A stretch of DNA of 63,898 nt, the filler included, from Corallochytrium limacisporum Hawaii (Eukaryota; Protista; Pluriformea), in assembly GCA_002811645.1 (NCBI GenBank). It is 5 parts of 5 records of this genome, joined end to end, with 100 filler letters (N's around TTAATTAATTAA, not from the genome) between each part and the next. Parts side by side here need not be neighbours in the genome. Positions count along the whole stretch, not along the records: positions 1 to 30,638 come from PDIP01000101.1; 4 more parts are not named here. One strand, given 5' to 3'. Positions within the stretch are counted from its first letter, which is position 1; each line of letters begins with the position of its first letter. The translations under genes and the position numbers were made by a program. Of the stretch, positions 11,833-25,914 are shown piece by piece. The notes below the pieces were generated by a model. It did not search any database. It had not been told where the DNA came from and saw only the letters and a list, made by a program, of their open reading frames with translations.

Positions 11833-14440
11833 GGTGAATGTGTCTTCTACAAAGTAGCTTGAGCTTGCATGGAAAAGCACAGTGCTATGACTTATGGAGT
11901 CGATCTTTTGACCCGGATCCGCATCCTTTAAATAGCAACTGTCCAGATATGAGCTGTTTCTTCTGGCCACCCAGGAATTTCTCTTTGCTGGAGTCCTTGA
12001 CATGTGACAAGCTGCTCACGTCCGTTGAACATGTCATCACCGACCGCTTTGCAGAAACCGTTCACTCGATGTGGCTACCACGTTGAGTTTTGTTGGTTGC
12101 GGCCGGGCGGTTGTTACAAACGGCACGGAATCTGTTGTGAATTGGTCGCGGGTGATGACGGAGCACACGAAACTGCCTCCCAATTTGAAATTTGCCGGCG
12201 TACAGAACAGAGGCTCTCACGAGACTCACTAACGAAGGACATGATCATGATCAACGGGCTCTCTTTGCTGAAAATATTCTTGTCAACGTAGCCCTCCGGA
12301 TGCTGCGCACGGATATGTAATGTCGCTCTACTGTAATTAACACAAGACTGTTGTGGACGGACTGTACTTGGAAAGAGACTTCTCAGAGAGCTTCCCGGAT
12401 ACCGGGAAGTTAATTCAGTCCCCTTTGCCTTGTGAGAGCACGTCAAATGTGCGAGTCTTCACCAGGGCCCAGAACGGTGCCAAAGGCTGTGACATCGCTT
12501 GTTTCCACCTCTTGCTGGAAGGGGAGAGAGGGGGGGAAGGAACGACTGTGAGCGCGGTTTCTTCACCCAATGCCCCGATTTGACATACCACCCCAACAGC
12601 CAGTCACCTGTTTCACACCCAAAGGGTGATCCGGGATACCCGGCCCCTTGGTCCCGGGCCGTTTACGACGATGATTGGAGCCCTCGAGACCGCAAATGAT
12701 GGAGTGTGTAATACTTCTTTGTTGATGCAATGTCTCATACGACTGGAGTTAGCGTATTTAACAGATGGAACGTCAAATAACTGCCATTTCCGGCCGTTCT
12801 GGACCTCGGTAGGCCTTAATAGGGCCCAAGACCCACCAAAAAATCTCGTCCCTAGACTGCATACGCATTCAACGGCAGTTCTGGAGAAACCCGGGGACAA
12901 TGACAGTGGTGGCAACACAGCCGTGACAGCACAACTTGGGAATGTACTGCGCCACAGGTTAAGAAAAGTCGGCAATGTTTGTAATTACAACGCCCATGTG
13001 TTTGTGTGTACCACCGGTACGTACTCAGGATCAACAAATCTTCCGCTGCAAGAGCAGAAAATTAAAAATAGAGATTGCTATGTTTTTGGTTTTGTATGGA
13101 CGACAAATGTATTCTGCCACATCTCTACGGCGGGGGGGGCCTGGACGTTTTCGCTCGCTGCATCGGGACTGCTACCAAAAACTCGAAACCTCCAGGCAGT
13201 CAATAGGCAGGGCGCGGTACGGCGCTTTGACTGTGTGCCACTCAAGGTCAATTCACACACTACAGACAATATAGGGACCAAACACCTTTGGTATTTCTTT
13301 ACAAAGTGCCAAGGGGGTGTGCACGGTGCTTTGCGCCGCTTCAAGTTTCGTGCCCAGAAGACATTCCTGGGCGTTGGTGATGGAGGAGATCTCGACGAGT
13401 TACATTCTACCAGCCTTCCTCTTCGCACTCTGCCGTTGTCCCCATTGGTAACAATTCGTTTGTTGATGTCTTCAATGGCTTTTCAAACGCCCACAGGATC
13501 ATTTCGCGATCAATTCGTACCATGAGCACAGGCATAAACCCGCATAACTTAAGCATACAACAAACTCAGCTCATGAGCTTTGCCTGGACAACTGAATACT
13601 TGGAATACACGGCGGACAATAAGTGTAAGAGTCCGGGATTTCCGGCAGTGTCCACGGGTGTGATATATTGAATGTACGGGCATCAAACCGGTGTCAAGTG
13701 ATTTTCGCTGGCTACCATCTTTACGGTCAGGCGGGGGAACCGAAGAGATTACTTTGCGCCTGAAGAAGAACTGGGACTGACAGATAGGTAACACGTACCC
13801 CGATTATGGAAGTGCGCGCATGACAGGATGCGGGATTTTTTGATAGTGGCCACCGAAAGGAATAAATGGATGGACCCCCCCAGGGGGGGGGGGTGTTGCA
13901 GGAAGCCAGGAAAGCTCGTGGACCGGTGCAGCTTGTGAAGGACGCTGGGTATGCAGGGGGCCGGAGCAGCAATAGCTCGAAGAGAACAACATTCCCAAGC
14001 ATTTTATCCGCAGGATGTTTTAGCAGTTCAATTCGTTGTTATGATGGCATTCCGGGCATTGCATTTTTGGCACTTGACACGATGTTTCCCACTGAAGCCA
14101 GACACCACTCAACAGTGACAGCAGAACGACGTATGGTCTTGGTCACAACCAGTTGTTGCGAATGGATTCTAATGAATTTTCGATGCCATATGAATACAAT
14201 ACCTATGATGAATACTTTGGGGTGGTGTAATTTTGTAAACTAAGACTGCAAGCCTTCGCCACGCTCATCGGATGACACCGGAGATAGTGCCAAATCCCAC
14301 CACTCGCAATGGTATCAGCGTGCCCAGCCCTTGACCTACACAACGACACGTATTGTACCGACGATCGGGTTTATTGGTTCTGTAGATACAACTGCACGCT
14401 TGTATGCTAATTACCGAAATGCTCATGTCCGTTTAGACAA

Positions 14441-16090
<1,650 letters not shown>

Positions 16091-16629
16091 GGGGGAGGGC
16101 GACAGGCGGCCTTTACCTGGGTGAGCCTGGCGTGTGGGGGAGGGGAGCTGACGGGCTGCTTCCCTTCCCCTGGAATTGGCCTGGGGTTGGGTCCCCTTTA
16201 CGGGCCCTCTACCCCTCCCCGGGGGGCCGACCAATGTTTTGTCTTTGGGACCGACTAGAAGCGCCGTGATGGAGCGGAGGGGGGTGGGGGGCCCCTGTAG
16301 GTTCAGCGGTGGGACCGCTTGCAAACGATCATTTCCGACAATGGTCCTTCCGGAACATGCAGCCTTGGAACACGCGTAAGATTGATTTTGATTTTAACGG
16401 CTATCGTAGCGTCTACAATTTTTGACCCTTTGGTTGGCACCAACTTTGGGGCTCATTTGGTATTTCAAGTCCGCCGACTGAGATAAGCTATTGGTGTTCG
16501 GAATCAATTGGCTTATCTCCATGATGCACACGTCATCCCGGTTTACATGCACGTTTTGAGTGTTTTGGTAGTAGAAACGGGGAGAAAAAGAAAACAGTGC
16601 CAGAAACTTAATTTAAGAAGATTGCACTC

Positions 16630-17412
16630 ATGGCGTTCCAGGACGCGCTCAAGCAATATGAAGAGCTCAAGAAAGAATGGTCCAGTGGCAAGGACTTGAA
16701 GAAGACCGGGACCCTGCTCGAAGAGCTGAAAATAGCTCTTATGGAAGTACAATATCTACCTACTGAAGGCGAAGCTAAACAACAGGAGCTACTCTTGGCT
16801 CGTGAAGTTCTGGAAATTGGAGCGCAGTGGGGCGTCGCGTCGGGAGATTTGGACGCTTTTGAACGCTACATGGCACAACTTGACACATACTATCGGGACT
16901 ACGCCGGTCAGATGCCCGAGTCTGCGCACATGCGCCATCTCCAGGGACTGAAGCTGTTGTACCTGTTGGCCAAGAATCGCATTGCCGACTTCCACACGGA
17001 GTTGGAACTGCTGGACCCAAGTCTGCTGCAGGACAACGTGTACATTAAGTACCCTGCCCAATTGGAGCGCTATCTTATTGAAGGCTCATACAACAAAATT
17101 CTTATGGCCTCAGACAAGGTTCCGGATCCTAGCTACAAGTCATTCCTCTCCACACTCACAGAGACCATCCGCGTGGAAATTGCAGATTGTCTGGAGTATG
17201 CGTACGACAAGATGACAAAGAGCGACGCACAGAAAGTGCTCTTCCTCGACAATAAGAAGGACCTGGAGGCCATTGCGGCATCACGAAACTGGACCAGCAG
17301 TGGCACTGAGTACGTCTTTCCTCCCAAGGAGCAAACTAGTGGTCATGTGAATCCCAAACAGCTGCAGCAGCAGACCCTCTCCTATGCCAAGGAGCTAGAG
17401 CGGATCATTTAA
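16630..17412 (+). CDS. RPN12: 26S proteasome lid subunit Rpn12 (PSMD8)
   Basis: AREVLEIGA, FERYMAQL..YY, LL.LLAKNRIADFHTELELL, LIEGSYNK, YAKELERII C-terminus. Confidence 0.96.
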   Translation: MAFQDALKQYEELKKEWSSGKDLKKTGTLLEELKIALMEVQYLPTEGEAKQQELLLAREVLEIGAQWGVASGDLDAFERYMAQLDTYYRDYAGQMPESAHMRHLQGLKLLYLLAKNRIADFHTELELLDPSLLQDNVYIKYPAQLERYLIEGSYNKILMASDKVPDPSYKSFLSTLTETIRVEIADCLEYAYDKMTKSDAQKVLFLDNKKDLEAIAASRNWTSSGTEYVFPPKEQTSGHVNPKQLQQQTLSYAKELERII

Positions 17413-17629
17413 GGCATGTTTATCTGAAGGTTTGAAGTATCAAAACGCAAAGCAATGGACACAAAGAGCACCCTTATTATTGCACACTCTTCCAACCGGA
17501 CTGAAAATGTAGTAGACGCCAATACATGATGTAAGAAAGAATTCTGCCTTGTGAAAACTGGTAATTTATACACTAATAATTTCTTGACGCGAAGATGTGT
17601 TGTGCCTTGTGATTGGCACACAGACACGA

Positions 17630-20600
17630 TTATTGCGCATTGATGAACGACGTCTCGACCTGGACTTTCCCGTCATGGGACCAGAAGCCGGCTGCGGTAA
17701 CGTGGCCTTCATTACCGATGACCACAAAGTCCGGACTGCCGCGGCCTGGATTGATAGGCAACAGGCCAGTCAGTTGGTTGAGAACACTCTCTTTGGTTCC
17801 ATGTTTGTCGACGGCCTTGATACCCAGGCAAATGAGCAAGCCACCCTCGTCCCAGTCTGTCATGCTACCCGGTGGCAGGATGGTCGCAAAGGCACCAAAT
17901 TTGCCGAGCTTGAAAATGTCACCGTTGGATCCCTTGAGCCAGAGATGGAGAGCAATATCTCCATTGGTGTCCATATCCCACGAATTGTCGTTCTCAGGGC
18001 ACCCAAAGTGGACCTTGACAGACGAGGCTGGGCCATTCACTTGAGCCCCAACCGCAACCTCGTCCCGGCTGCCAACAAAAGCCACGCGCTGACCAATTTG
18101 GTGGAAGAGGGCATCTGCCATGTACCGACCGATCTCCAGGTAGGCCTTCTGACTCCTGCGGTTGAAGGAATCGGCTGCTCCGGAAGACCGTGACTCAACG
18201 GATCCGTCGGCGCCCACATCAATGGCAGGTTGCGGATCTTTGCCATCGCTGCCAAACAGTTTGCCGGGCACCACCATAGTAATCATGCCGTAGAGAGAAT
18301 CCACCATTGGTTGATGGTCCACTGGGATCGCGACTGGTCGCCGTCCAGGCCGTCCAAGATCCTGAGGACCCAGTGCCGTCATATCCAATGGGAGGAGCTG
18401 ACACCTTCTTGCTGCATTTGTGCACACCAGCATTTCACCAGCACCGACCGTAATCGGGCCCTGGACTGGGTGGCTACGGACCGTGACGATTGCATCATGA
18501 CTCTGGCACGGAGGAATCATGACAAATGTGTTGACATTGGCAGGCTTCAGGAGGTACGCTGACCCTTTCTCATTTTCCACCACAATGCTCGCTTCCTTGC
18601 CAATGATCTTGTTGGACATGATGTAGATACCATGGCGTCCTTGACCCCACCCGTGTGAAGTTGATTTCACCGTCCATGTCCGGGGCATGGCATAGACGTT
18701 GTCCGCGTCCTTGCACACCTGAGTATCAGGGGAATCACTATTGCGGTGCTCCACCCAGAAGCTGCGTGCGTTCTTGATGTAGTGAGTGATCCAGAAGGTC
18801 ACTTCCATTGCATTGAGCACACCATCAAACCAATGACTCTCACCCTTGGCTTCCATAACAGCTGACCAAAACGGTTCACCATTGACCTCGGATGCTAGCC
18901 TTGCCATCCGTCTGGGGTACCACACACTCACATTGTCGTCAACGCTACCATAGCGCACGGCAAAGGGAAGTTCATGGAGGTGAACACTGTTTAGATCGGT
19001 TGCCCACTGATTCTTCACGGAGCCAAAGACGGCCTTGAGCTGATCCGAGCTCCGGCCATCGGCGTCCCAGAACATGGAGCCAGGGTAACTGTCCATCTTT
19101 GTCCATCCTGCAGCGCACAGAGCAGCACTACCGTGGTCTGTCATCAGTGTAGAGAACACGAAGCATCCATGACCTCCCATCGAGTGACCACTGAAAAACA
19201 GATTCTGCGGATCGACAGGTTGTAGGGTGTCTGCGTTCTCGGAGATATGCTGTGTGAATGCTTCCAGGGCCATGACCCCATTGAGTGCACCAAACTCCTC
19301 CCAATCCCAGCCAAACTGGCGACGATTGGTGGGTTCCAGGATCCACGTACAATTCTGTTGGTCATAAGCACCGGTCCAGGCCGGTTTGAACGCTTTGACT
19401 CCTGCACCATGGGTTGCAAAGATGATTGGCAGAAGATCAAACTCGGCACAGTGGGTTCGAGCGTCAAAGGTTGTTGCATGGATTGCCGGCACCACGGCGG
19501 CGTGCTGTACGCTTCCGTCGTAGTCGTGGAAAGTCATACAGTAGGGATCGCCAGTAAACTCTGGAAGTGTGTGAATCACTCCCACTGTGTCCCAGTCACC
19601 ACTTGAAGCGGTTCCAATCTTCAAATGGTAGTCATCGACGTCAGTCTTTGGACCGTCCGCGCTCTCAACCGCCGTGACTCTTATGCCAAGGAATTGGTCT
19701 CCACTCACGACATCATCAAAGACATCTTTGGGCAGGCTAGGACAGTTCACAGCCACAGGGTAGTGATGATTCCGCAGCAGAGCAATACTCTGCTCACCAG
19801 CACAGTTAATCTCACTAATGTTGTCCTCGTCCTGACCATGAATCCAACTGACACTCACGGTACCGACGTACATGTCCTCCTCGCCTGCGGCGCGGATGGT
19901 GACACCTACCGGTCCCTGGGGTCTGCCACCCATCAAAGTCGGTAACTGTAGGTCGTAGGGGCTGATGACAATCCGTTTGGAATCGATGGGGTTCCTGGTG
20001 CTCATGTTCACGGTCACATCACGGCCGATGGAGAGGCGGACAGCAAGTACCCGCGACAGAGAGTCGTCAGTGTCGAAGGTGATGGTTCGGTGCATAATGT
20101 CCTCACTGTATTTGTCACCAACGTACTTTACCCTCTGATGGATGTAACTGCTGGTTCCTCCGACATGGAGGTTTGCACTGACACGCATGTGAGGCGCTTC
20201 TTCTTCGCTTCCGTCATTGATGATGGGCACGGGAGAGATCCAGCCAAGAGCCCAGCCCTCGTACAAGATTCCGCCTTCACCGAGTTGGGAAGTGATCAGG
20301 TCTGTGATGCTATCCACTGGCGGGATGTCAAGACTGGTACCATTAGTAGGAATGTCCTTCGTACCCTTTTCCCAGCACACTTTGCCCTCGCCTGCCAGTT
20401 CCGAAATGTAGCAGATGTTGTTTCCTAGTTCTCCTTGCGAACGAGCCATGGCTTTCATTAGTGGGTCAAGTCCATCGTACTCATCCAAGAATCCCTGGAA
20501 ATTAGGTCCCTGGCCATCTGGAACCAATGGTAGCAAGTAGAACCACTTGATGGTAAAGTCAGAGGAGACTTCAGCCAGCTCCGTTGCCGGATCCTGCTCT

Positions 20601-20653
20601 CCTGATCCCAGGAGTGCCAGTGAACCGACGTACAAATCCTGCAGGAATTTCAT
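17630..20653 (-). CDS. Large, probably secreted alpha/beta-hydrolase (S9/esterase-like catalytic domain)
   Basis: About 1007 aa from ATG 20653. THGAGV, PTNRRQFGWDWE, GHSMGGHG nucleophile elbow, DDNV acid, SHWFDG His. Confidence 0.82.
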   Translation of the reverse strand: MKFLQDLYVGSLALLGSGEQDPATELAEVSSDFTIKWFYLLPLVPDGQGPNFQGFLDEYDGLDPLMKAMARSQGELGNNICYISELAGEGKVCWEKGTKDIPTNGTSLDIPPVDSITDLITSQLGEGGILYEGWALGWISPVPIINDGSEEEAPHMRVSANLHVGGTSSYIHQRVKYVGDKYSEDIMHRTITFDTDDSLSRVLAVRLSIGRDVTVNMSTRNPIDSKRIVISPYDLQLPTLMGGRPQGPVGVTIRAAGEEDMYVGTVSVSWIHGQDEDNISEINCAGEQSIALLRNHHYPVAVNCPSLPKDVFDDVVSGDQFLGIRVTAVESADGPKTDVDDYHLKIGTASSGDWDTVGVIHTLPEFTGDPYCMTFHDYDGSVQHAAVVPAIHATTFDARTHCAEFDLLPIIFATHGAGVKAFKPAWTGAYDQQNCTWILEPTNRRQFGWDWEEFGALNGVMALEAFTQHISENADTLQPVDPQNLFFSGHSMGGHGCFVFSTLMTDHGSAALCAAGWTKMDSYPGSMFWDADGRSSDQLKAVFGSVKNQWATDLNSVHLHELPFAVRYGSVDDNVSVWYPRRMARLASEVNGEPFWSAVMEAKGESHWFDGVLNAMEVTFWITHYIKNARSFWVEHRNSDSPDTQVCKDADNVYAMPRTWTVKSTSHGWGQGRHGIYIMSNKIIGKEASIVVENEKGSAYLLKPANVNTFVMIPPCQSHDAIVTVRSHPVQGPITVGAGEMLVCTNAARRCQLLPLDMTALGPQDLGRPGRRPVAIPVDHQPMVDSLYGMITMVVPGKLFGSDGKDPQPAIDVGADGSVESRSSGAADSFNRRSQKAYLEIGRYMADALFHQIGQRVAFVGSRDEVAVGAQVNGPASSVKVHFGCPENDNSWDMDTNGDIALHLWLKGSNGDIFKLGKFGAFATILPPGSMTDWDEGGLLICLGIKAVDKHGTKESVLNQLTGLLPINPGRGSPDFVVIGNEGHVTAAGFWSHDGKVQVETSFINAQ

Positions 20654-22469
20654 GTTTGATTGAATGGCACACTCCAAATCTGGAGGTCTTAATCATGGCC
20701 AAAACTCCTGTACGTGCCGAGGCTCGGGATTATTAGCCGCGCCTTAAGTACGCTTCCGACATGCGACAGACCCTGGACCCACAACCGGTGCGTTCGGTTC
20801 CGTGTTACAGAGGAGGAGAGAAAGGCCTTCGCTGGCCCCCCCATCTCGCCCTGCCCCATGGAGAAAAAAGGGGGGGGGGGAAGATATGATAGCCCATGGC
20901 CGCGTGCCAGAGACAGGAGACATTTCAAAAACGGAAATTGACACGGTGGAGAGAGAGAACAGAGCCATTGACTGAGTATTTAAAACAAGAATCTGAAAAA
21001 AAAGAGTGTGCGGTGGAACATGTCCCGGCCTTGTCATATTTCCACGATCGATGCGACCGCTTCGTATCGGTGGGGTGCACCTTACCTACCAACCGTGTCC
21101 AGTGGAATGGATTCATACTTACGGACCTAACACACGCTTCAGACCTTGTGCTCGTGTTTCGCAATTAGTGTGTACTACTTGTAGAGCAGCAATTCAGTAG
21201 TAGCAGTAGTAGTAGTGCCACCGTGACCCGTTCCAGACGTGGCGATGGTTGGTCCGAATGGGTTGAGGGCCGGGCCTTTGCACCAAAAAGTAAGAGAGAG
21301 CGCAGAAAACTCTCAGTTTTGTCCACGGTGGATGCGGTTTGAGGGGGAGGGGGGAATGGGGGGAAGGTCGAGGGTGTTTGGGGCTCGCCGGTTGGTTGGT
21401 ATCTGCAAAGTATACCATCAATAGGATCAGTATTCAGGGAAAGATTAAACACTGCCTCCTCCTCCTCGTCCTCTCCGCCGGCCGCCCCGCCGCCCTATCT
21501 GTCGTTCTTCTCGGCTCACATCACATCCCCCACTTATCGCAGCCAGAGCCCAGAGGAATCTCTGCATATTTTTGCCACAGGGAGCCATCTGAGTAAAGGG
21601 CGTTTTCATTGCGTGCTGACGAAACAGCAAATGAAACCTAAGGAAGCGAATATGAGCGCGGAAGGTTTGGGAGTCTAATTTAGAAGAAACACTGGGGCAG
21701 GACCTGATTCTCTCCAAGTTTTGGAAAACTGGGGTGCGCCATGGTACCATCGGTGGCTCAGGGGCAAGAATTGCTGCAGGAACAAAACTCGATGTAGTTA
21801 ATGTACTGTACTATCCCATCGGTTCCTGACAGAAAGGGTCATACATGTTGGCCCGTTTCTCGATCACTTTTAATTCTTTCTTTCCTTTGCCGAGGGAGGG
21901 AAGCTCACGACAGTAGTAGTACATTCACTACTGCGATCGGCCGGCTCAGGGGGCGGTATTGGCGGGTCCACGGGGTCGGTCGCAGGTGGAGAGCGCAAGT
22001 GCCCTCCCCCTTCCCTGCTTTCCCGTGCGTCCCCCCGGGCGGGGGGGGGGCGGCCTCGTCCGGCAAGGCGAGAACCCGGGAAGCGAGAGCCCCCCTTTCT
22101 CCTGCCGTCCCTCACTACCGGAGAGTCACCTTCGCGTCGGTCCTGCGGGAGATCCTGAGCACAGCGCGCTGAGTACCCGAGAGACCAGAAGGCAAAAAAA
22201 AAAAAGGGAGAAAGAAAAAAGCCAGTCCCGAAAGCCCGGTCGCTCCGGTAGTTCTCGTGGAGCAGGAAGGGAAGAGAAGGGAAGGGGGTTGCGGGGCACT
22301 GGCTGCCCTTGGCAATAAGCTCAGGGTCTTGCAATCAGAAATATGGAAGTTGTGCAGGTATTCGGATGGTACCTACCTGTTGCTATCCAGATCCACACTC
22401 CAACAGATTTTAATTTAGTTCGATTTGATAGTATTCTGGACGGCTCGTGTTCATTAGACAATTAGAGTT

Positions 22470-23735
22470 ATGCCTGAGTTAGCGGAAGTAGAATCCGCTC
22501 GCAGGGCTGTGTATGCAGTTGCTGTTGGCAAGAGGATCCTGAAGTGCAAGGTGGAACAAGACACTAAGGTCTACGACAAGGTGGCCCCAAACGAGTTCGC
22601 AAAGTACATGACTGGAGCAACACTGACAAACATTCTACGCCACGGAAAGCAACTTTGGATGGAGGTGGACAAGAAACCAAAGAAGTTTCCTACGTTCCAC
22701 TTCGCCATGACTGGCAACTTTTTGGTGAGGCCGGCTGATACGGGCAGTGGTCGGAAGGTGCAGAAGATGGTTAGTCTTGTGGGTGGAGGTGATCATGGAA
22801 AGTTAATCATTAAGGAGCGAAAACGCAATCTATTGAAGGGAATCGTGGATACCGGTGAGGATGATGAAGAAAAGGTCCAGGAAATCGAGGATCGCAAGGA
22901 AGAGGTAGCATCAACATGGCCACCCAAGTTCTGGAAATGTATCCTCCAAATGGATGACGGTACGGAGGTAGCTTTCGTCAACGCCCGTCGATTTGGCCGG
23001 ATAAGGCTTGTTGACAGTATGGATGGCATTCTGTCGAAGCTCGGATTCGATCCGTACTTGAATATGGCCCCTTTGGATCACTTTGTCAAAGTCCTGGGCA
23101 AACGGAGTCTGCCCATCAAAGCACTGCTGCTCGACCAGAAGTTTGCTGCAGGCATCGGTAACTGGCTAGCTGATGAAATTCTGTACCAAGCTCACATCCA
23201 CCCGGAAACCGTCACGTCGACACTCAATGAGAAACAGGTCCAGGCCATCCACACAGCCATGAAGTATGTGGTGGACACAGCTGTGAATTGCAGGGCTGAC
23301 GCTAATCTTTATCCAGATGACTTTCTGTTTTTCCACCGTTGGGACAAAGGAGGACGAGTCGCCCAAGTTCTGGCGAATGGTGATCGCCTCGACTATATTA
23401 CAGTTGGAGGACGGACCTCGTGCTATGTTCCGGCGCGTCAGAAGAAAACAACCCACCGTTTGGTGGAGTATGAGTGGACAGAACACAATGGCAAGTCCAC
23501 AAGAGATAGGCTGAAGGAAGAAGAAGAGGTGACGACGAAGACAGCGGGACGGCAAGGTGCCACCAGAACTACCAACAAGGTGGTAGTGAAGATAGAGACG
23601 GAGGATACTCTGCGTGAGCTGCAATCGTCACCGAGCAAGAAACTGGCCGCAAAGGCAAAAGCCAAGGCACGTCAGGCCAGCAGTGCGTCAACAACTCCGA
23701 ATGGCACCAGGCGATCCGCTCGGATCCGATCCTAA
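22470..23735 (+). CDS. FPG: Formamidopyrimidine-DNA glycosylase (Fpg/MutM, plant/fungal-type, no Cys4 zinc finger)
   Basis: N-terminal MPELAEVE, RHGKQLW, H2TH motif IKALLLDQ..AGIGNWLADEILY, VGGRTS, basic C-terminal tail. Confidence 0.93.
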   Translation: MPELAEVESARRAVYAVAVGKRILKCKVEQDTKVYDKVAPNEFAKYMTGATLTNILRHGKQLWMEVDKKPKKFPTFHFAMTGNFLVRPADTGSGRKVQKMVSLVGGGDHGKLIIKERKRNLLKGIVDTGEDDEEKVQEIEDRKEEVASTWPPKFWKCILQMDDGTEVAFVNARRFGRIRLVDSMDGILSKLGFDPYLNMAPLDHFVKVLGKRSLPIKALLLDQKFAAGIGNWLADEILYQAHIHPETVTSTLNEKQVQAIHTAMKYVVDTAVNCRADANLYPDDFLFFHRWDKGGRVAQVLANGDRLDYITVGGRTSCYVPARQKKTTHRLVEYEWTEHNGKSTRDRLKEEEEVTTKTAGRQGATRTTNKVVVKIETEDTLRELQSSPSKKLAAKAKAKARQASSASTTPNGTRRSARIRS

Positions 23736-23804
23736 ATATTATCCGTATGTGTATTATATCAGTATGAAATGTATAAAGTAAAATGATTGGATATCTCGTG
23801 ATAT

Positions 23805-24665
23805 TTACTGTTCAGCTTTTTGTTTCTGATCCTCGGTCCGTGCCTTGGCTGCGTTTTCTTTAAGTTTTTGTTCAAATCGCTGGAACTCTTCTAAACCAAC
23901 CTTCTCTTCAATGTCGAGCACCTGCTCTACGCCGCGTACCTCGGGAATGTAATGCATGAGCATGTTCTCAATGCCACCCTTAAGTGTGGCCGTGGAAGAG
24001 GGGCATGATGTGCACGCACCCTGCAGCTTCAAGAAGACAATACCATCCTCAGGATCCCAACCAGAAAAAGCAATGTCGCCGCCATCATCCTGGACAGCCG
24101 GACGAATGCGGGTGTCCAAGAGTTCCTTGACCATCATAACTATTTCGTCGTCATCCTCATCAACAGCAGTGCTTCCGCTCACTTCATATCCCTCGCGAAT
24201 CACCGGTAGGCCGCTACCATAGAAGTCCATGATCGATGCGTACACGTCCGGCTTCAATTCATCCCAGTCCAGGTCTGCTTCCTTTGTGACTGTAACAAAA
24301 TCTTTTCCAAGCATGACACCAGTCACACCCTCGATTGTAAAAATGCTGGACGCCAGCGGGCTGGCCTGGGCTTCTGACTTACTGCTGAAATTGATGGTGC
24401 CATCATCTAAGACGCCCCTTCCGGGCGTAAACATCAATGAGTTTGGGTTCGGGGTGGAAGCAGTTTGAATGAACATTGTGCGTTTCAACAGCGCCACGCC
24501 AGATCCCATAATCGGTTTGACGCCATATGATTCCCTACGCGTAGGCTGCATTGAGGAACTACGCATAGCAATGCCGCTCACACCACGTACACTCCATCCA
24601 GACATGACCCGGGCTGCACTTAGTTGGCGCAAGGCGCTCCTTCCTGCTCGTGAAAACATCATCAT
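23805..24665 (-). CDS. NFU1: Mitochondrial Fe-S cluster carrier NFU1
   Basis: Arg/Ser-rich presequence, [37 protein letters not shown] (CxxC). Confidence 0.96.
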   Translation of the reverse strand: MMMFSRAGRSALRQLSAARVMSGWSVRGVSGIAMRSSSMQPTRRESYGVKPIMGSGVALLKRTMFIQTASTPNPNSLMFTPGRGVLDDGTINFSSKSEAQASPLASSIFTIEGVTGVMLGKDFVTVTKEADLDWDELKPDVYASIMDFYGSGLPVIREGYEVSGSTAVDEDDDEIVMMVKELLDTRIRPAVQDDGGDIAFSGWDPEDGIVFLKLQGACTSCPSSTATLKGGIENMLMHYIPEVRGVEQVLDIEEKVGLEEFQRFEQKLKENAAKARTEDQKQKAEQ

Positions 24666-25435
24666 CTTTGTGTCACCTGTTTGTACCGTGTGGTCCGTTC
24701 CACCACTGTATACACCGGAAGAAAGTATTCAGTACCTAACAAGGATGCTTGTGGTATGGTTTTTTGTATGCCTATTTTGTTCCTTTTGCGCTCCTTACCG
24801 CCATAAAGTACCAAAGGAGAATACAGAAATGTTCAAAACTTCTCGGAACCTTACACCTCGGAATGTCGCGCAGTGGCCGTCGTCGCGAAGCTGAGGTCTC
24901 ACGCCAGTTTCTGCAGCCACCCACCCTTCTTGGCCCGGTTGGGCTGATCCCGCCTTGCCTAGTAAGAAACCGTCAGCAAGCGTTTCCCAAGTACTAGTAG
25001 GCCCAGAACTGAAACCGAGGGGCAGTGTTAATTCATTTTAACTGTTTATATTAGGTTATCAGGTATTAACACAGAGGCTGCTGCAAAAGCGAACGGGACG
25101 GAACAGAACTCGCGCCCTGTCCCTGGCGGGGCGTTTGTTTCGGAAACGTGAACCGGTAGCCCGGAAAAGTGCAGTACTTTTAATACGGAACGCTGCTGCG
25201 GTCTCGGTTTTAGGCAGATCGGTGGTCGTATTTCTTCAGTGAGTTTACGGTTTTTGCGTTTGGAACACCTTCGCTGGGTCCCCTCCTTCCCTGTCTCTGA
25301 GTATGGGATCCGGGCGCATCGGGAGAAGGTTATGGCTTTTTTGGGTTCCCATTCGCCCCGCTCCCTCCCTCCCCCTTCTCCAAGCGCGGGGACTCCGCGA
25401 AGCCAGTGAGACCGAAGGTGAAGGATTGGGGCTTC

Positions 25436-25473
25436 GTGTGTGTGTGTGTGTGCGTGTGTGTATGTGTGTGTGT
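25436..25473. repeat. (GT)n microsatellite, imperfect
   Basis: Read directly. Confidence 0.9.
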
Positions 25474-25914
25474 TACTCTATGCCCGGCCCCTTGCAGAGA
25501 GCCTCGTTGTCTGCAAAGTCGACTGTAGTGGGCCACACTAATCATTTACAGAAACATGGAGTTAATTGCTATCTGTTTGGCTCGTGAAGGTCTTTCAAGT
25601 AATTCGACACGGACAGTATGGCAAGCATACATGGCTCTTGCGACTTCTATGATCCGAACGTATGTGCTTGACATTGTTTCTTTACACTCGGGCTGTTGTG
25701 TGCACTTGAAAATCGGTTTGAGCGAACCTAGAGGTTGTTCGAATCTAGTCATACAACCGGAGTTTTTGTTGTAAAAGGGTCTCAAAGCGAAGGGACGCAA
25801 CAATGTTGAGTCGGGAAAAATTATCATTTGGATTATAAAGAAACAATTTATTGCACAAACAGTCAATGATCCGAAGATAGTATTATCATTCAATTAGAAA
25901 CACACAACTTAAAG

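Noticed and set aside
12626-13525. 299-aa plus-strand ORF
   Set aside because: No recognisable motif, non-ATG first codon, atypical composition; cannot be supported as a gene.
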